Notes under the pieces: model-generated | The model's input: the letters and a program-made list of their open reading frames with translations, nothing else | Told to the model about the DNA's origin: nothing | Database searches by the model: none | Position numbers and translations under genes: made by a program | Assembly (NCBI GenBank): GCA_964658305.1 | Contig: OZ210885.1 | Span: forward strand, 9,300,001 to 9,364,000 | DNA: 64,000 nt | From: Leptogorgia sarmentosa | Taxonomy: Eukaryota | Direction: 5' to 3' | Shown here: piece by piece, positions 11,639 through 25,165 of the stretch | How positions within the stretch are numbered: the stretch's first letter is position 1 | Layout of the letters: each line of letters begins with the position of its first letter

Positions 11639-12281
11639 GGGACCTTTCATTTAATATGTCGGAGGGGGGACCGGTAAACCTTTCATAATCTTAAACAAAA
11701 TCATATAGCCCCCCCCCCTAAATATCAGAAGAAAATCGTCTGAACCTCCCCCCCCCGCAAAGGAGAGTGGAAATTGTATGACCAACCCCCCCCCCCCCCC
11801 CCCCCTTACTCCCACTTAACGCAAATTTGGAAGGTGGGAGTACAAAAGGGTAATAATCGAAATTTATCTGGCTATAGCACTTTGAATATTACGATTTAAT
11901 TAACTTGTAGAGAGCAAGGCCGATGAATCTCTTTGATTTCGGCGAAACGTAGAAACGACCAAGTAAATAGTTGGTCGTTTCTACTTGGAATTTTTGCCTT
12001 CACAGCATTTGCGAATTGGCACCAGGTTGCCAATGTATTGCAATTCTGAATTTTCATCCTGTGTTATGTCATTGTAATCGATCTACTTTTGAGATTCTGT
12101 TGGAATTAATAAAATCCTTTTTGCAAGTTTGTAGGCTGTACCAGAAATTTATATTCCCCCCCCCCCCCTCTTCACCACTTAAAATTCTTAATGCCCTCCC
12201 CCGCCCCAATATACATTAAAAATCGTACAACCCCCCTTATATTCTTACCGCCCCCCTCCGACATATTAAATGAACGGTCTC
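11639..12281. mobile_element. Harbinger-like MITE with poly-C tracts
   Basis: ~35-bp TIR GGGACC(T/G)TTCATTTAATATGTCGGAGGGGGG; interrupts one arm of the host foldback (TATCATATTTTACTAC). Confidence 0.75.
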
Positions 12282-12833
12282 TTTTACTACTGAATGTTAC
12301 GTCATGCGTGCGGCTTGTTGAGCTACCTATGATGTGATTGGCAATTTAAAATGTTAAAATGGGTTACATTGAATGCCTTACCCCTAAATGTTTGGAAATG
12401 ACTGGAAATTTCGGGGGAAAGAACCGGATTATTTGCTTGCAGCATTTCATATCTGTTAATTGAAAAAAAAGCTACTACAAACAACGTGATAAGAAAGGCC
12501 TGGGACAACATGATTGAAATTTTTCATTGTAGATACTTTGGACTGTTCAGGTTGCATATGATACAAGATCACTTGCTGATTCCAAACATATGAACTTCAT
12601 TTGCACGGTTTCCATGGTTACTCAGCCAAATCCTTCTTTATATGTACGTCTAAAAAACTGTTACTCGAACGAAAATTCAAATATAGTCATTGTTTATGAC
12701 TAATCGTTTTCAAGTATTAGTGGATAGATTTAACAAGAATCGTAGTATATGCATCTTAACCGTTTGGGTCGCATATTTCACATCAGGCCGCTTTAAAGAA
12801 TTTGAAAGTTTTCCAGTTTATAGGTATGATAAG

Positions 12834-12905
12834 AAGGAGCGGGCGGATTTGAACCACCGACCTCTCGATCTGCAGTCGAATGCTCTACCACTGAGCTACA
12901 CTCCC
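12834..12905 (-). tRNA. tRNA-Cys(GCA)
   Basis: Reverse complement GGGAGTGTAGCTCAGTGGTAGAGCATTCGACTGCAGATCGAG..GGTTCAAATCCGCCCGCTCCTT. Confidence 0.9.
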
Positions 12906-13213
12906 TGTGTACTCTCCTGGTTAATTACGTACATATACTTTCAAACGCAGCTATCATCATTTCACGGACCTCTATTTTTTCAATACTATATTCAAATAGA
13001 AAATCATTCTTGGCATGTTTCATAATCTTGACACAATAAAAAACGCGACTTCTTTCCGTTGATTTTGTAGATGGAAAACTTGGACCTTGAATCTGTCACT
13101 TTAAACACTCAGCCACCACCACCGAGAACAGAATCTCCTCTCACTGAGTTTTTCCCCAAAAAATTCATGTTTACAATTCGAGGCCAAAAGTTTAAAGACT
13201 TTGCATAACATAA

Positions 13214-13760
13214 ATTTCAAACCGATTGCAGAAGCTTTATAACAGATGTGCCAGAATAATAATGAAGTGCAAAAACGAGCATGGTCCATCAGTTTTGGCC
13301 CGTGGACCGTGGTATTCTTGGATGGAAAACCCTTCAAGGAAAAAGGGCCCATCTAAATCATAGCCAGACTTATGTATAAGATTTTGCATAACATGGCACC
13401 AACAAAACTACGCGACATTCTAATTATGTCTAATAGTATTCATCACTATAATTTACCAGGGTCCGATCGACACTGCTCATTATCTTCCGCGTCCGGAAAC
13501 TGAATATCGCAAAAAATGTTTTAGTTTTAGAGGACCTATAATGTGAAATTCCTTACCTGAACACGTAAGGAATAGTGAATCTCTGACCATATTTAATAAT
13601 TACATTTCCAATGCCAGCCTGACTAATACCTAATAATTAACTTATATAGCTAACTGTATATTTTTTAAAGAATGTTTGTATGTAATAGTAATTTTGTAAA
13701 TAAGCACGTCCCACTTAAGTGGCTAACGTGTTGAAATAAAGTTTTACCTACCTACCTACC
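13214..13760 (+). mobile_element. 3' end of a CR1/L2-group LINE (decayed)
   Basis: Translates NRLQKLYNRCARII..LGWKTL..LPRPETEYRKKCFSFRGP..; AATAAA then (TACC)n tail. Confidence 0.65.
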
Positions 13761-14168
13761 TTTGTTGGCGGAGAAAGAGAGCTGAGAAAGTCAATAGACT
13801 CGTGGAACCAGTTCTTGACGCAAAGGAATGTTAAATGGGTTTTCAACCAACCCAGATTATCTCAACACGGGGTGTCTGGGAGGCTGGGAGCGATGTATTC
13901 GTACATTAAGGAAAGTACTGAACGCAATTACGAGGGAACAAATAATGAACGAAGAACGATTGGGTACACTCATGTGCGAAGTCGAAGCGATCGTGAACGG
14001 CCGACCGATACGAAGGTATCTGACGATCCCCAAGACCTCGAAGCCCTCACACCAAATCACCTGCTGCTGCTGCGATAGGAACCAGAATTGTCCCCTGGTA
14101 TCTTCACAGAGAATGATAATTACTCACGTCGCAAGTGGAGACAAGTCCAATACCTAGCGGATGTTTTT
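13761..14168 (+). pseudogene. BEL/Pao retrotransposon integrase fragment
   Basis: WERCIRTLRKVL..LMCEVEAIVNGRP..DLEALTPNHLL..RRKWRQVQYLADVF across frameshifts. Confidence 0.85.
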
Positions 14169-14839
14169 TCAATCCTTAACATGTGGATTGATTACTTATT
14201 ACCATTAACATCAACAATCACTTATTTTCACGCCCTGGTGAGCAGACAACCCTGTGTGTTTTAGGCATCAAGAAATTGTTTGACTGAGGGGCAATTGACA
14301 AGAAATTAACAAGGCACATTTCTACACAGACAGATATTTAAATTGAGAAGACACATATTGTAATTTGAAAGATCAATCCTATAGTGGGTCGGAGTGCCTA
14401 ACCTCAGGGAGTATTGGAACATGCATGGAAAAATACCTATTCATAAAAAAGACGGTAACGAACTTCAAAGTTATTCAGAATTAGGCATTTGAGAGTTATA
14501 AGATAAACAAAGGCAGCTGAGCACTCAGTTGGCTCCACAAATTCTGGATATGGGATAATTTGCAAACGGGCAGCTCTAAATTCAGGAGAGAAGAAGTCGT
14601 CATCAAGTTCAAGTAGTCCTAATTGTTCTGCAACAGTGCAACTTCATGCTTACAAACCAAATTAAAGATGTAAATCACTAATGTAAAATAAAATATACAG
14701 TTAAATCTTCCAGGTTGCTTAATCCATTAGGCTGCAGAGCTTCCCCATTGACCAGTAAAATCGTCTGGCATTAGACAAGTAAAAAATAGGTATCATCGTC
14801 AAGGAGTAACATCCCCACAGCACAGCATAATTATAAGGG

Positions 14840-15032
14840 TGTTAGCAGCATGCATAGCTTGATATAATAACCATATACATTGGATACTTGATGTAGTTGG
14901 AAGTGTTATGTATCGTTAACATGTGACGAATGGTCTCTCTGTTCTTGTACTGATTTCTTATGTATTTTACTGTTCATATTGTTGATATTAAATCGCTCAA
15001 CATCAAAGAATGTCCGATATAACATTTTAATA
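14840..15032 (+). repeat. 5' LTR (TG...TA)
   Basis: Direct repeat of 19204-19396. Confidence 0.95.
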
Positions 15033-15046
15033 GGTTATGGGCCCAG
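15033..15046 (+). promoter_or_regulatory. Primer-binding site for an internal (half) initiator tRNA-Met primer
   Basis: GGTTATGGGCCCAG directly after the LTR, as in Drosophila copia. Confidence 0.85.
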
Positions 15047-15134
15047 GACACTCTAATATGTCTCTGAAGCGTAATTTTATTTGTTTGGAAGCGTATGGCT
15101 TGAAACAATACGAACATTTATCGATGAACTAAAC

Positions 15135-18100
15135 ATGGCGACATCGAGGGATTTTTACTTAAACTTACTAAGTTAAATGGAGAAAATTATAGAGATTGGG
15201 CATTTAACATGCGTCTCTATCTTGAGAGTATGGATTTGTTTGGTCATGCTGATGGATCGATCGAGAATCCTGATGAAGAAGCGTCTGAACAGGTGAGGCA
15301 AGCATTTAGGTCAGCCTCGAAGAAAGCCTGGACGTACATCTGCCTAGCAGTGGAACCCGAACAACAAATTCATGTAAGAGATACGAGTACAGCCAAGGAA
15401 GCATGGGACGCCCTGAAACATCAGTTTGCAAGAGTCTCCGTATCGCAAATTGTAAGATTACGTCAGCAATATTATTCATGTCGATCTAAAAGTGGTGATA
15501 GTATGCTAGATCATATCAATCGCATTAAATCTCTCCACGACCAGTTGAGGGAGATGGGTATTGAGTATAATGATAAAGAATTGGCAATGACATTGCTCGC
15601 AAGTTTGCCTGAAAGCTACAACTCACTTATTACTGCTTTGGATGCAGTAGGAGAAGACACATTGACCTACCAGAAGGTGAAAGGAATGTTGCTGAACGAT
15701 GCTGCGAGAATCTCAGTCACAAAGAAAGATGAGGATGCGTATACTATGCAACGGCCGTACAATAAAAGAGGATTTAAGCCAAAGGACCAAGGCAAGACTG
15801 AAAACCCAAACCAGAATTCATTTCGAGGAACTTGCCATTCATGCAAGAAGAGAGGACACTTTGCTCGAGATTGCCCACAACGTAAGAACAATCCCAGTAA
15901 TTCCAACAAAGGTAAAAGTTCAATTCATTGCACTGCAGAAGAGCCGTGTGACCAAGATGATGCTGATGAAATAGCCCTGTTTGTAACTGGTGATGAAAAT
16001 CACAGTGGTTGGATTATTGATTCGGGAGCGACTCAACACATGACTTATGAACGAGACAGTTTATCTGAGTACGTGGAATTCAAGAGACCGTGCAAGGTAA
16101 ATTTAGGAGATAATCGAGTGATTTTAGCCTATGGAAAAGGAACATACCGGCTATCCACTGATTTGAATGGATCGAGTCAGAAAATTGCTTTGAAGAATGT
16201 GCTTTATTTACCGGAGCTGAAGAGGAACTTGTTATCAGTTCAAGCCATGAGTAAATTAGGAGCAACTGTCGTGTTTAAAGGAGATGAATGCAGAATTTCC
16301 ATGGATTCAAGATTAGTTGGAATAGGAATAATGCATGGAAAGTTGTACATGCTTAAAGTTGTCTTGGAGGAATATGTGAATGTTGTGAAGAGTGATCCCA
16401 ATATGGAACTATGGCACTGTCGATTTGGACATTTGGGGATGGATAACGTTTCCAAACTACTAAACAGTAGGATGGTGGAAGGGATGTCTGGTGCGAAGGA
16501 CGGTGATATGTCTGATGTATGTGAAGCATGCGTTCAGGGAAAGCAGCACCGTTCACCATATCCTAAGAAGAGCTCCAATAAAGCAACTGAATTATTCGAA
16601 ACAGTTCACAGTGATGTATGTGGTCCTATGGGTGTAAAATCATTTGGGAAATCGCAGTATTTTGTTACATTCATTGATGAATATTCAAGATATACGGAAG
16701 TGTATTTCCTGAAAAGTAAAGATGAAGTAATGGAAAAGTTCAAGCAGTATGTGAATCAAGTGGAAAAGTTGGGCAAACGGGTGAAGAACCTTCGGTCGGA
16801 TAATGGTGGAGAGTACTGCTCCAAAGCATTTGATGAATATTTAAAGGCAAAGGGAATAACACATCAAACAACTGTTCCATATTGTCCAGAACAAAACGGC
16901 ATTGCGGAAAGAATGAACCGGACTCTAGTCGAAGCCGCTCGTTCAATGATGTTTCATGCGGGTATGCCCAAAGAGTTTTGGGCAGAAGCAATTCACACAG
17001 CTTCATATGTTCACAATCGCAGTCCGACGAGTTCACTAAAGGAAGTCACGCCATATGAGAGAATGTTTGGTCAGAAACCGGATGTATCCAATTTGAGAGT
17101 TTTTGGTTGCATTGCTTTTAAGCATATCCCCGATGCTAAGCGAAGGAAATTGGACAAAAAGTCGTCCAAGTGTGTGTTTGTAGGATATCCGGAAGGAACT
17201 AAGGGCTACAAACTGTACGACCTGGAGAAGAAATCATTTGTTCGCAGTCGAGACATTGTGTTTCAGGAAAGAACCTTTCATGATTTTAAATTGAAGGAGA
17301 ACTCGGAGTTCTATCACGAAGACAATCGTAATCCTGAAAGTTCCGAAATTGATGCTATTATTGATCCGAATGACCATAATGAAGAAATCGTGAATGATGG
17401 TGTGGAAATTGTCCCTCCAGTACAGTGTAACCGTCCAGTGGGAGCGACGTTCGAGGATAATTTTATGCGAGAAGTGGAGAACCTTAATCCACAACGACAA
17501 AGAAGACCTCCGCGAAGGTATGATGATGAAGTGTACAACTGCACAGAAGATCTTACCGCAGACATTAATGAACCAAGTAACCTTACTGAAGCATTCCATG
17601 GAAAGAATAGTGCTGAGTGGAAGAAAGCTGCAGAATCCGAATATAAGTCACTGATTGACAATCATACCTGGGATCTTGTCCCTCCACCGAAAGACAAGAA
17701 CGTAATTGGGGGCAAATGGGTATTCAAAGTCAAGAGAAACGTGGATGGAACTGTCCAAAGGTTCAAGGGAAGATTGGTTGCACAAGGATACGCTCAATCG
17801 CCAGGGATCGATTAATATGATGAAGTTTTCGCACCTGTTGTTCGTTACACCTCTATACGTTCACTACTTGCTGTAGCCAACATTTGTAACTGGGAGATAC
17901 ATCAAATGGATGTGAAGACCGCGTTCTTGCAAGGAGATTTGGATGATGAGATTTATATGAAACAACCAAGTGGTTTCGTTGATCCAGAAAGACCAGATCA
18001 CGTCTGAAAGCTGAACAAGGGGATATATGGGTTGAAGCAAGCAGCTAGATGTTGGAACAACTCTATCAATAGCTATCTACTGTCTCATGGTTACAAGAAG

Positions 18101-19138
18101 TCTACTGCAGACACTTGTGTTTACATCAAAACCATTACGTCTAAGGACGGTGCAATTCATTTGGTGATTATCGCAGTTTATGTGGATGATATGATAATTG
18201 TCTCAAACAACACAGGAATGATGAAGAAAGAAAAAGAAGAGATTGCTACGAAGTTTCAAGTAGAGGATTTAGGAGAAGTGCATTATGTGGTTGGTATGCA
18301 TATTATACGCAATCGGGAGCGTCGTACCATATCAATCAACCAACGAAAGTACCTAGAAGGAGTGATAAAGAAGTTCGACATGGAAAATTGCAAGTCAGTT
18401 TCAACGCTATTAGAACTTGGAAGAAAGTATGAAGAATTGGGAAAGGAAGACGAACAATTTGATACACGCAAGTACCAAAGAGCAATTGGATGTTTAACCT
18501 ACGCTGCAACAATTAGTAGACCTGACTTATCAATCGCAGTCAGTATTTTATCAAAGTTCATGTCTAATCCTAGAGTGGAACATTGGAAAGGTGTGAAACG
18601 TGTTCTACGCTATGTTAAAGGAACATTAGACTATGGTCTTTTATATTCAGCTAACAATTCAAGTACGACATTGACGGGATACACAGATGCAGATTGGGCA
18701 GGAGATTTGTCAACACGTAGATCAACTACTGGTTATGTATTTCAGATACAAGGGAGTACTACAAGCTGGTGCAGTAAACGACAAGGATGTGTGGCTAGAT
18801 CTACAACCGAAGCCGAATACATTGCTTTGAGTACAGCGAGCCAGGAAGCGATATGGTTAAGAAGATTGCTTGAAAGTGTGTTAAAGAAACAAGCCAAGCC
18901 TACCGTGCTGTATGAAGATAACCAAGGAACAATCGAACTGACGAAGAATCCCAAGTTTCATAACCGTACGAAACATATTGATATAGCGTATCATTATGCA
19001 AGGGAACAAGTCGAAAAGAAGAATATATCTGTCGAATATTGCAGAACCGAAAATATGCTGGCAGATGTGATGACCAAGGGACTATCGAAGGTTCAATTTG
19101 AGAAATTCCGAGACATGTTAGGACTCGTTAAGATTTAG
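15135..19138 (+). pseudogene. Copia gag-pol polyprotein, disrupted
   Basis: CCHC knuckle, IIDSGA protease, HHCC and DDE integrase, YVDD RT, DADWAG RNase H; frameshift near the start, TAA at 17813, TGA at 18005. Confidence 0.93.
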
Positions 19139-19203
19139 TGACAATTAGATACTATTTAAAGAATTACTATAGTTATGTTCATCATATGATTATTAAGTGG
19201 GAG

Positions 19204-19396
19204 TGTTAGCAGCATGCATAGCTTGATATAATAACCATATACATTGGATACTTGATGTAGTTGGAAGTGTTATGTATCGTTAACATGTGACGAATGGTCT
19301 CTCTGTTCTTGTACTGATTTCTTATGTATTTTACTGTTCATATTGTTGATATTAAATCGCTCAACATCAAAGAATGTCCGATATAACATTTTAATA
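19204..19396 (+). repeat. 3' LTR
   Basis: Identical to the 5' LTR; followed by TSD AAGGG. Confidence 0.95.
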
Positions 19397-19813
19397 AAGG
19401 GGCGGAATGCAACGATATTTGTTGGCTTGACAAATGTGGAGGCTTTGCGACTGGCATGAAGGCACAATAAAACAGGATGTTTCCGTCATGATATGACATT
19501 CCAAGACGAGGCAATTAGAAATAATCTGCAGGTTCTTTAAAAATTGAATATATAATAATTGGTCTAGTTTTGTTCGCAAGATTTCATTGGTATTCACACT
19601 TAGTTAAATACTTTGATTATAACTTTGATCACAGAAATCCCGGATGTTGGATATCAGTCATTCCTTGAGATATGCGTAAAATATGGAAAAGGACTTCTGA
19701 AAGAACGGCGAGCCATGGCAAAAGACTTGAAAGAAAAGCCAAGATTCAAGGCATCATACATTAAATGTCTGTACGGTATTGAAGTTCAAGATCGAATTGC
19801 TCTTTTGAGTCAG

Positions 19814-20158
19814 AGGCCTACTCTAGGGTCCAAGATCGCCGCGATTAATTGCGATATTAGGGAAAAATGCCAAAATTCAAGGCGATCTGGAGCGTTCTTA
19901 CGCGATCTTGGGCGATCTTTGGCGATAGTAGGCCATCTTAGGCAATCTTGGGCGATTTTAGGCAATATTGGGTGATATTATGTAAGGTTTATTCAGACCC
20001 CCTATTAAGTCCAGAATGCTTATTTCTTTGTATGTAATATATGTCGATCATAGGCAATCGTGAGCAATTTTAGGCGTTCTCAGACGATCTCAGACGATCT
20101 TAGGCGATTTTAGGCGATCTCAGGCCAAATTTAGGCAATCTGGCACTGGAGTAGGCTA
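19814..20158. mobile_element. Degenerate MITE with internal ~10-bp repeats (AGGCGATCTT-like)
   Basis: GCCTACTC..GAGTAGGC imperfect TIR and subterminal repeat arrays. Confidence 0.5.
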
Positions 20159-20308
20159 GTCAGGTCAAGATTGACTTTGTTCAGCGCCTGTAGAAAAAGT
20201 GAAGCAACAAAATTATTTTAATGTGTATGCTTATGATACAGCTGTTTTTTATGGAATAGTTTTGTGGTAAAAAATTACATGTATTTAGTGTGCATGTTTA
20301 TGATATTA

Positions 20309-21407
20309 CAGTACCGTCCTCGAGTAACATACACTCGACTCGCGCGTAGCGAGTGCGCGCGAGTCACTCGCGAGTCGTTCGAGTACTCGCTTGACTCGTT
20401 ACTCGCGAGTACGCGCAAATCATGTTGGCAAGAAATACTCGCTTCACTCGCAAAATAGATCACTCGCTGCACTCGCGAGTATTTCGAGTCTGCGAGTATA
20501 AAACCGGTAAAAACACTAAAAATACTAAAAATCAATTTGTTAATGTAAAGTTTATGTAGACATAGGTACTCACCGCGTCATCAGGTATAAACACACATAT
20601 AATAATAACAAAAAACCAACGCAGGCGCTTTTCCCGTATTCGGTCAAAACTCCGTTGTCCTTGTATTCGATGAAAAGTCCCTTCCATAAGTTTTGTCAGG
20701 TTTGATGGCCGCATAGAGCAGAATGAATCACCGAATTTTGTATAGGTTATTTTTATTTACAGGCAGAGCAACGCGTTTATACTGAAATGAATTGTTATGA
20801 ATGCCAAGTTGACATGTTATGAATGCAAGTTGACATGTTATGAATGCGAAGTTGACATGTTATTAGCATAACAGTGATACAATGAGCGATGAATTTGCAT
20901 TTGTTATTTGCGCTCAATTCAATTGAGACATCTTCATTGTCGCGTTGCTCTGCCTTTGGATAAAAATAACCGATTCAAAATTCGGTGATTCCTTCTGCTC
21001 TAAACGGCCATCAAAGCTGACAAAACTTATGGAAGGGACTTTTGATCGAATACAAGGACAACGGAGTTTTGACCGAATACGGGAAAACCGCCTGCGTTGG
21101 CTATTTGTGATTATTACATGTGTGTTTATACCTGATGAAGCGGTGAGTACCTATGTCTACATAAACTTTACATTAACAAATTGATTTTTAGTGTTTTTAG
21201 TGTTTTTACCGGTTTTATACTCGCAGACTCGAAATACTCGCGAGTGCAGCGAGTGATCTATTTTGCGAGTGAAGCGAGTATTTCTTGCCAACATGATTTG
21301 CGCGTACTCGCGAGTAACGAGTCAAGCGAGTACTCGAACGACTCGCGAGTGACTCGCGCGCACTCGCTACGCGCGAGTCGAGTGTATGTTACTCGAGGAC
21401 GGTACTG
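20309..21407. mobile_element. Tc1/pogo-type foldback element with ~465-bp inverted arms
   Basis: TA|CAGTACCG...CGGTACTG|TA; CTCGCGAG-rich arms; ~22-bp tandem repeat in the spacer. Confidence 0.88.
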
Positions 21408-24069
21408 TAATTTCAAAGTGATGGCTACACTATAATTGTTTGTATATATTACCGTAACACAATTGATATGTAGAAAATCTTCCTCTTCAAACCCATTATT
21501 ACAGTATCCCTACCATAAAATCAATAATCTTATTAACATCCACTATTTTTTATGTGTTTTCATTTTTAGTGCATAATTATGTCGTTGTTCATATCCATGC
21601 ATGTATTCACGCAATCCTGTAGCTATACAACTAAGTGCATAGCTACAACAGTTATATACACACACTACACGACAACTATAAAAAACAAATGCATATGTAT
21701 TTCCTAACAATTTTTAATTATATAAATATAAAAAAATGTTTGTTGACACAAAAACGCCATAAGATATATGTTATCAAAACGCTACAAGATATGTCATTAC
21801 GCAAACGTCATCCGTCACAAGGATTAGCGTCAAAATTATATACACAATGATTTTTTGTTTAGTAGGCTTTTTTAAATCAGAGAATAGGTAAATTACAGAA
21901 CAAAAACTGAGGGTTTTTTCTGTGTCATACTTGTCGGTACGGAAATGTCATCCATGGCAGGGATTATCACTGTCTCAATTTGTCTTCAACATCTCACCTC
22001 GTGTATCAACAGTTGCCAATAATTTCTTTGTTATCTCTATTACTTAAACGCCAAGGATTGAATAGTTCTATCATACCGTTCACGGCAAGTTGTGAGAAGC
22101 ACTCCGTATACAAGTCTCTCTACCTTATACTCCACGTTCAAATATAGAGACCATGGCCATTAATCCTTTGACAAATGTCGCTCGACAGCACGAAAGTACT
22201 TGGACATCCCTTGAAAGGCGCGTTTCGAGAAAACACTATTCCTATTCAAGCCTTTTTCCAGAAGACGTCCTAACATTTTTCCGAAACAAGGCAATCTTGG
22301 TTGGCAGTTCCATTGGCTATTTCGCACCCGCACTCCTCACCACGACTGCATTCATTCTGGTGAACAATGATATGAAACGAAAAACTAACCACCATCCAAA
22401 AAGATCACGGAAATGGAGAACAACGAAATCTTTCATGCAGTTGAAGGATGTAGTGAAGCCGGAGATGTTGGATTTCCTCTTTGAAGGCCGGGCGGATGCA
22501 CGCTCAGCGGCTTGGATGGGAAAAGGACAGAAACCATCTAAACCAGTATAAGGCCCCATCGAGTGCCCTCAAGATTGGTTACGCTATTAAAAAGGCGGCA
22601 CTGACCGTATAAATTTGCAAGGTAAGAATAAATTCCTATGACATAGTATTAAGGACCAAGTACACCTTGAAAAATTTCAAAGCAAGTCTTTAGTACTCAG
22701 TCCTATTGGTAATAAAAATGCATGGCATCGATGTGGTAACATGGCATTGGTTATATGAGCTTACAAACATTCTTTTAACATCTAGTACAACGTAAAGCAG
22801 AGTACTATGAAGTAAAGGAAATGGTGGAGTTTAGAATATTTATGAACTTTAATTAAGAAAAGCAATAAACTGTACCGTGTTTTCAAAGTCATTGTGCAAA
22901 AGTTTCTGGACAATTCTACAGTGATTAAAGAGGAGGCTAAGGAATGGTGGAAAGATTTCTTCGACTCTGCTTCAGACACATATATACGTCTGCGCCAATG
23001 AAACCGGAAACATGGCTCGTAGATGAACTGAAGTTACTGAAATTTAGTCATATTTACGTGAGTGTACAAGAGTTGCACAACGAAAACAGTGAAATGCCTG
23101 AAGTTCCTGTTGATGCGTCACCCGAAGTTGTGAACTTAGTGTCATCCCAGGTGGAGCAAATACCTGAGGTAGGACTATAAATCTATTTAAATGGTGAAGC
23201 AAACATTCTCTCTGATTACTGATTTAGGAAACTACAACAATTCGCTTTCCATTGTGTTGTTCCTTACAGGTCTACACAGGCCCCTACATGCGTTCGACTG
23301 AAGTGCAATCGGTTTTCGATCTTTGGACCCATGTTAAAGAGTCGTCTTTCGTAGCTGTCTCATTGTTAGATTATAAGGATGTCCCAGTTATTGGTAAAGT
23401 TTTACAAAAAAAAATTACTATCCATTACTGGAAGGGGTCGTGGAACAAGAGGTGGGTTCCTTGTCTAACAGGAAGAAAGCCATGGACGGACGAGCTTCCA
23501 AAGGTATACATTTATCTCACTGGGTTTCATCTTGATGTAATGTCCAAATTAAAAACCAGTAATAAAAAACAGATACGAAAATTTCTCAAGAAGAGCAACA
23601 AGGAATGAAGGTGTGATGTGTTTCGTGTAACATGACATTAGGACAAAAATATTGTGTGCATTTGACGCCGAAACTTGTTATATTTAAATATTATTAATTA
23701 ATGGATGGTAAACTTCTATATATTAGAAATGAACACTCGTTTGAGTTTACAACAAAAAGATATCATCAGTCATCACTCGATGCAAGATCTATATAGTTCA
23801 CCGTATTTGTCAAAAGTATGTCGCTAATTTGCATGTCTTCAACCTTAAAGGTTTTAAGGCCACTTTACGATTTATAGCTACCAATTGTGCTAAAATTTTA
23901 AAAATACTACTATCAAAAATACTTTCTAATAGCATGCAATAGAAAACTCAACAAATGCTGGATTATTCAATGTGATCGCGGAAAGAAAAATATATTCATA
24001 TACATTCGAGTATGTGTATATGCCGGTGTGTCCCCCATTTATCAACCTGTTCATTTTCCTGTTTTTTAG

Positions 24070-24303
24070 GCAAATGAGATGAAAAACTCGATGTTAAAAC
24101 CTGTTCGAGTCGACGCCGGATTAGGAAATCCACCGGTGGAGTACAAGAATGATTCCGAATCCGCCAATTTTATGATCAAGCATGATCTCAATTTTAATGC
24201 AAGCAAGCTCCACGAGTTTGTGGAGAAGATAAAGAAAATCATACAGACAAAACAGCGAAACGAGGAACGTGCTGTGTTTGGAAGAGGTCCATATCGAGTA
24301 TAA
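24070..24303 (+). pseudogene. MULE/Mutator-like transposase fragment
   Basis: RVDAGLGNPPVEYKNDSESANFMIK resembles the catalytic-Glu (N-x-x-ES-x-N) region of animal MULE transposases. Confidence 0.55.
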
Positions 24304-24741
24304 GAAAGGAATTGTAACATTTAACTGTGGATGACACGAGAAAGGAAGTTTAGTATTGATATGAAATAAATTCTGTGGAAATTAGTCCGATTGGTCTCGA
24401 TGTTTCGAGGCCAGGCAACTCATGCATTACAGATGCTGGTTTTGGTGTTTTAAACGCAGCTTTATAACTGAATTGTGACTGAATTCAAATTTCAACTGCT
24501 TGATCTCACAGGTTTTGTGAGAAATTGGGCCAAGATCCCAAAAGCGTCAGTTATTATCCAACCGTGTTTTCAAGTTGTTAATGAGCCCCATCCTTTTTAT
24601 TTTGCAATTCGTGTAAAGCGGAAAACGTTCGATTGAAATGAAGCCCTGTGAGAGTGGCGTAATGTTACAGTATGTCCTCGGTAAACGGGAGATAAAAACT
24701 GCATTTCATTTTCAGAGCTTGAATTATGTTCCTGGAGCTTA

Positions 24742-24820
24742 TACATCTCAAATTTTGTATATAAAATTTGTATACATCTCAAATTTTGTATATAAAATTT
24801 GTATACATCTCAAATTTTGT
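24742..24820. repeat. 31-bp tandem repeat, about 2.5 copies
   Basis: TACATCTCAAATTTTGTATATAAAATTTGTA. Confidence 0.85.
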
Positions 24821-24944
24821 AAATTTTCTAAAAGGAGGCTAAGCAATGTAAAGCCAGTAGCCAAAGCTACGAGGGCCTTGCCCTGATAAGAGAAAAATTC
24901 AATATATTTGTCTTATAAGGTTGGAAGTTTTGAATATTTTGTCT

Positions 24945-25165
24945 TATAAATAAGGTTGGAAGTTTGTTTATTTTTTACACGTTTGAATCGGAGCATTCTT
25001 TCCGTATTATAGTAAATTCGACTTAGTCGATCACACTAGTCTATAATCGCCGAGTTGCAAAAATTGAACGTACGCTCAGCTATAGTAAGATGGATTAGAG
25101 CCTTCCTCACGTTCGTATCCGCGTAACTATCCTAATGTAAGCTTAAACGAGATCCCAGCCTCGAA
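24945..25165 (+). repeat. ~220-bp direct repeat, copy 1
   Basis: Near-identical to 31516-31731. Confidence 0.85.

Larger units (their letters stand above)
10542..12331. mobile_element. Foldback non-autonomous DNA transposon (same family as 42683-43354) with two nested insertions
   Basis: Inverted arms GTAGC..CAAGCCGCACGCATGACGTAAC..TGATAAGGTTGGC..AGCAGCCCC; similar to the 42.7-kb copy. Confidence 0.75.
14840..19396 (+). mobile_element. Full-length Ty1/Copia LTR retrotransposon
   Basis: Identical 193-bp LTRs, 5-bp TSD AAGGG, PBS, PPT AAGTGGGAG, domain order gag-PR-IN-RT-RH. Confidence 0.97.

Noticed and set aside
17813..18007. Programmed stop-codon readthrough in Copia pol
   Set aside because: Both stops fall inside conserved RT motifs rather than at a gag/pol boundary; better explained as mutations
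20275..21435. Apparent duplicated gene pairs on opposite strands
   Set aside because: Artefact of the palindromic foldback arms
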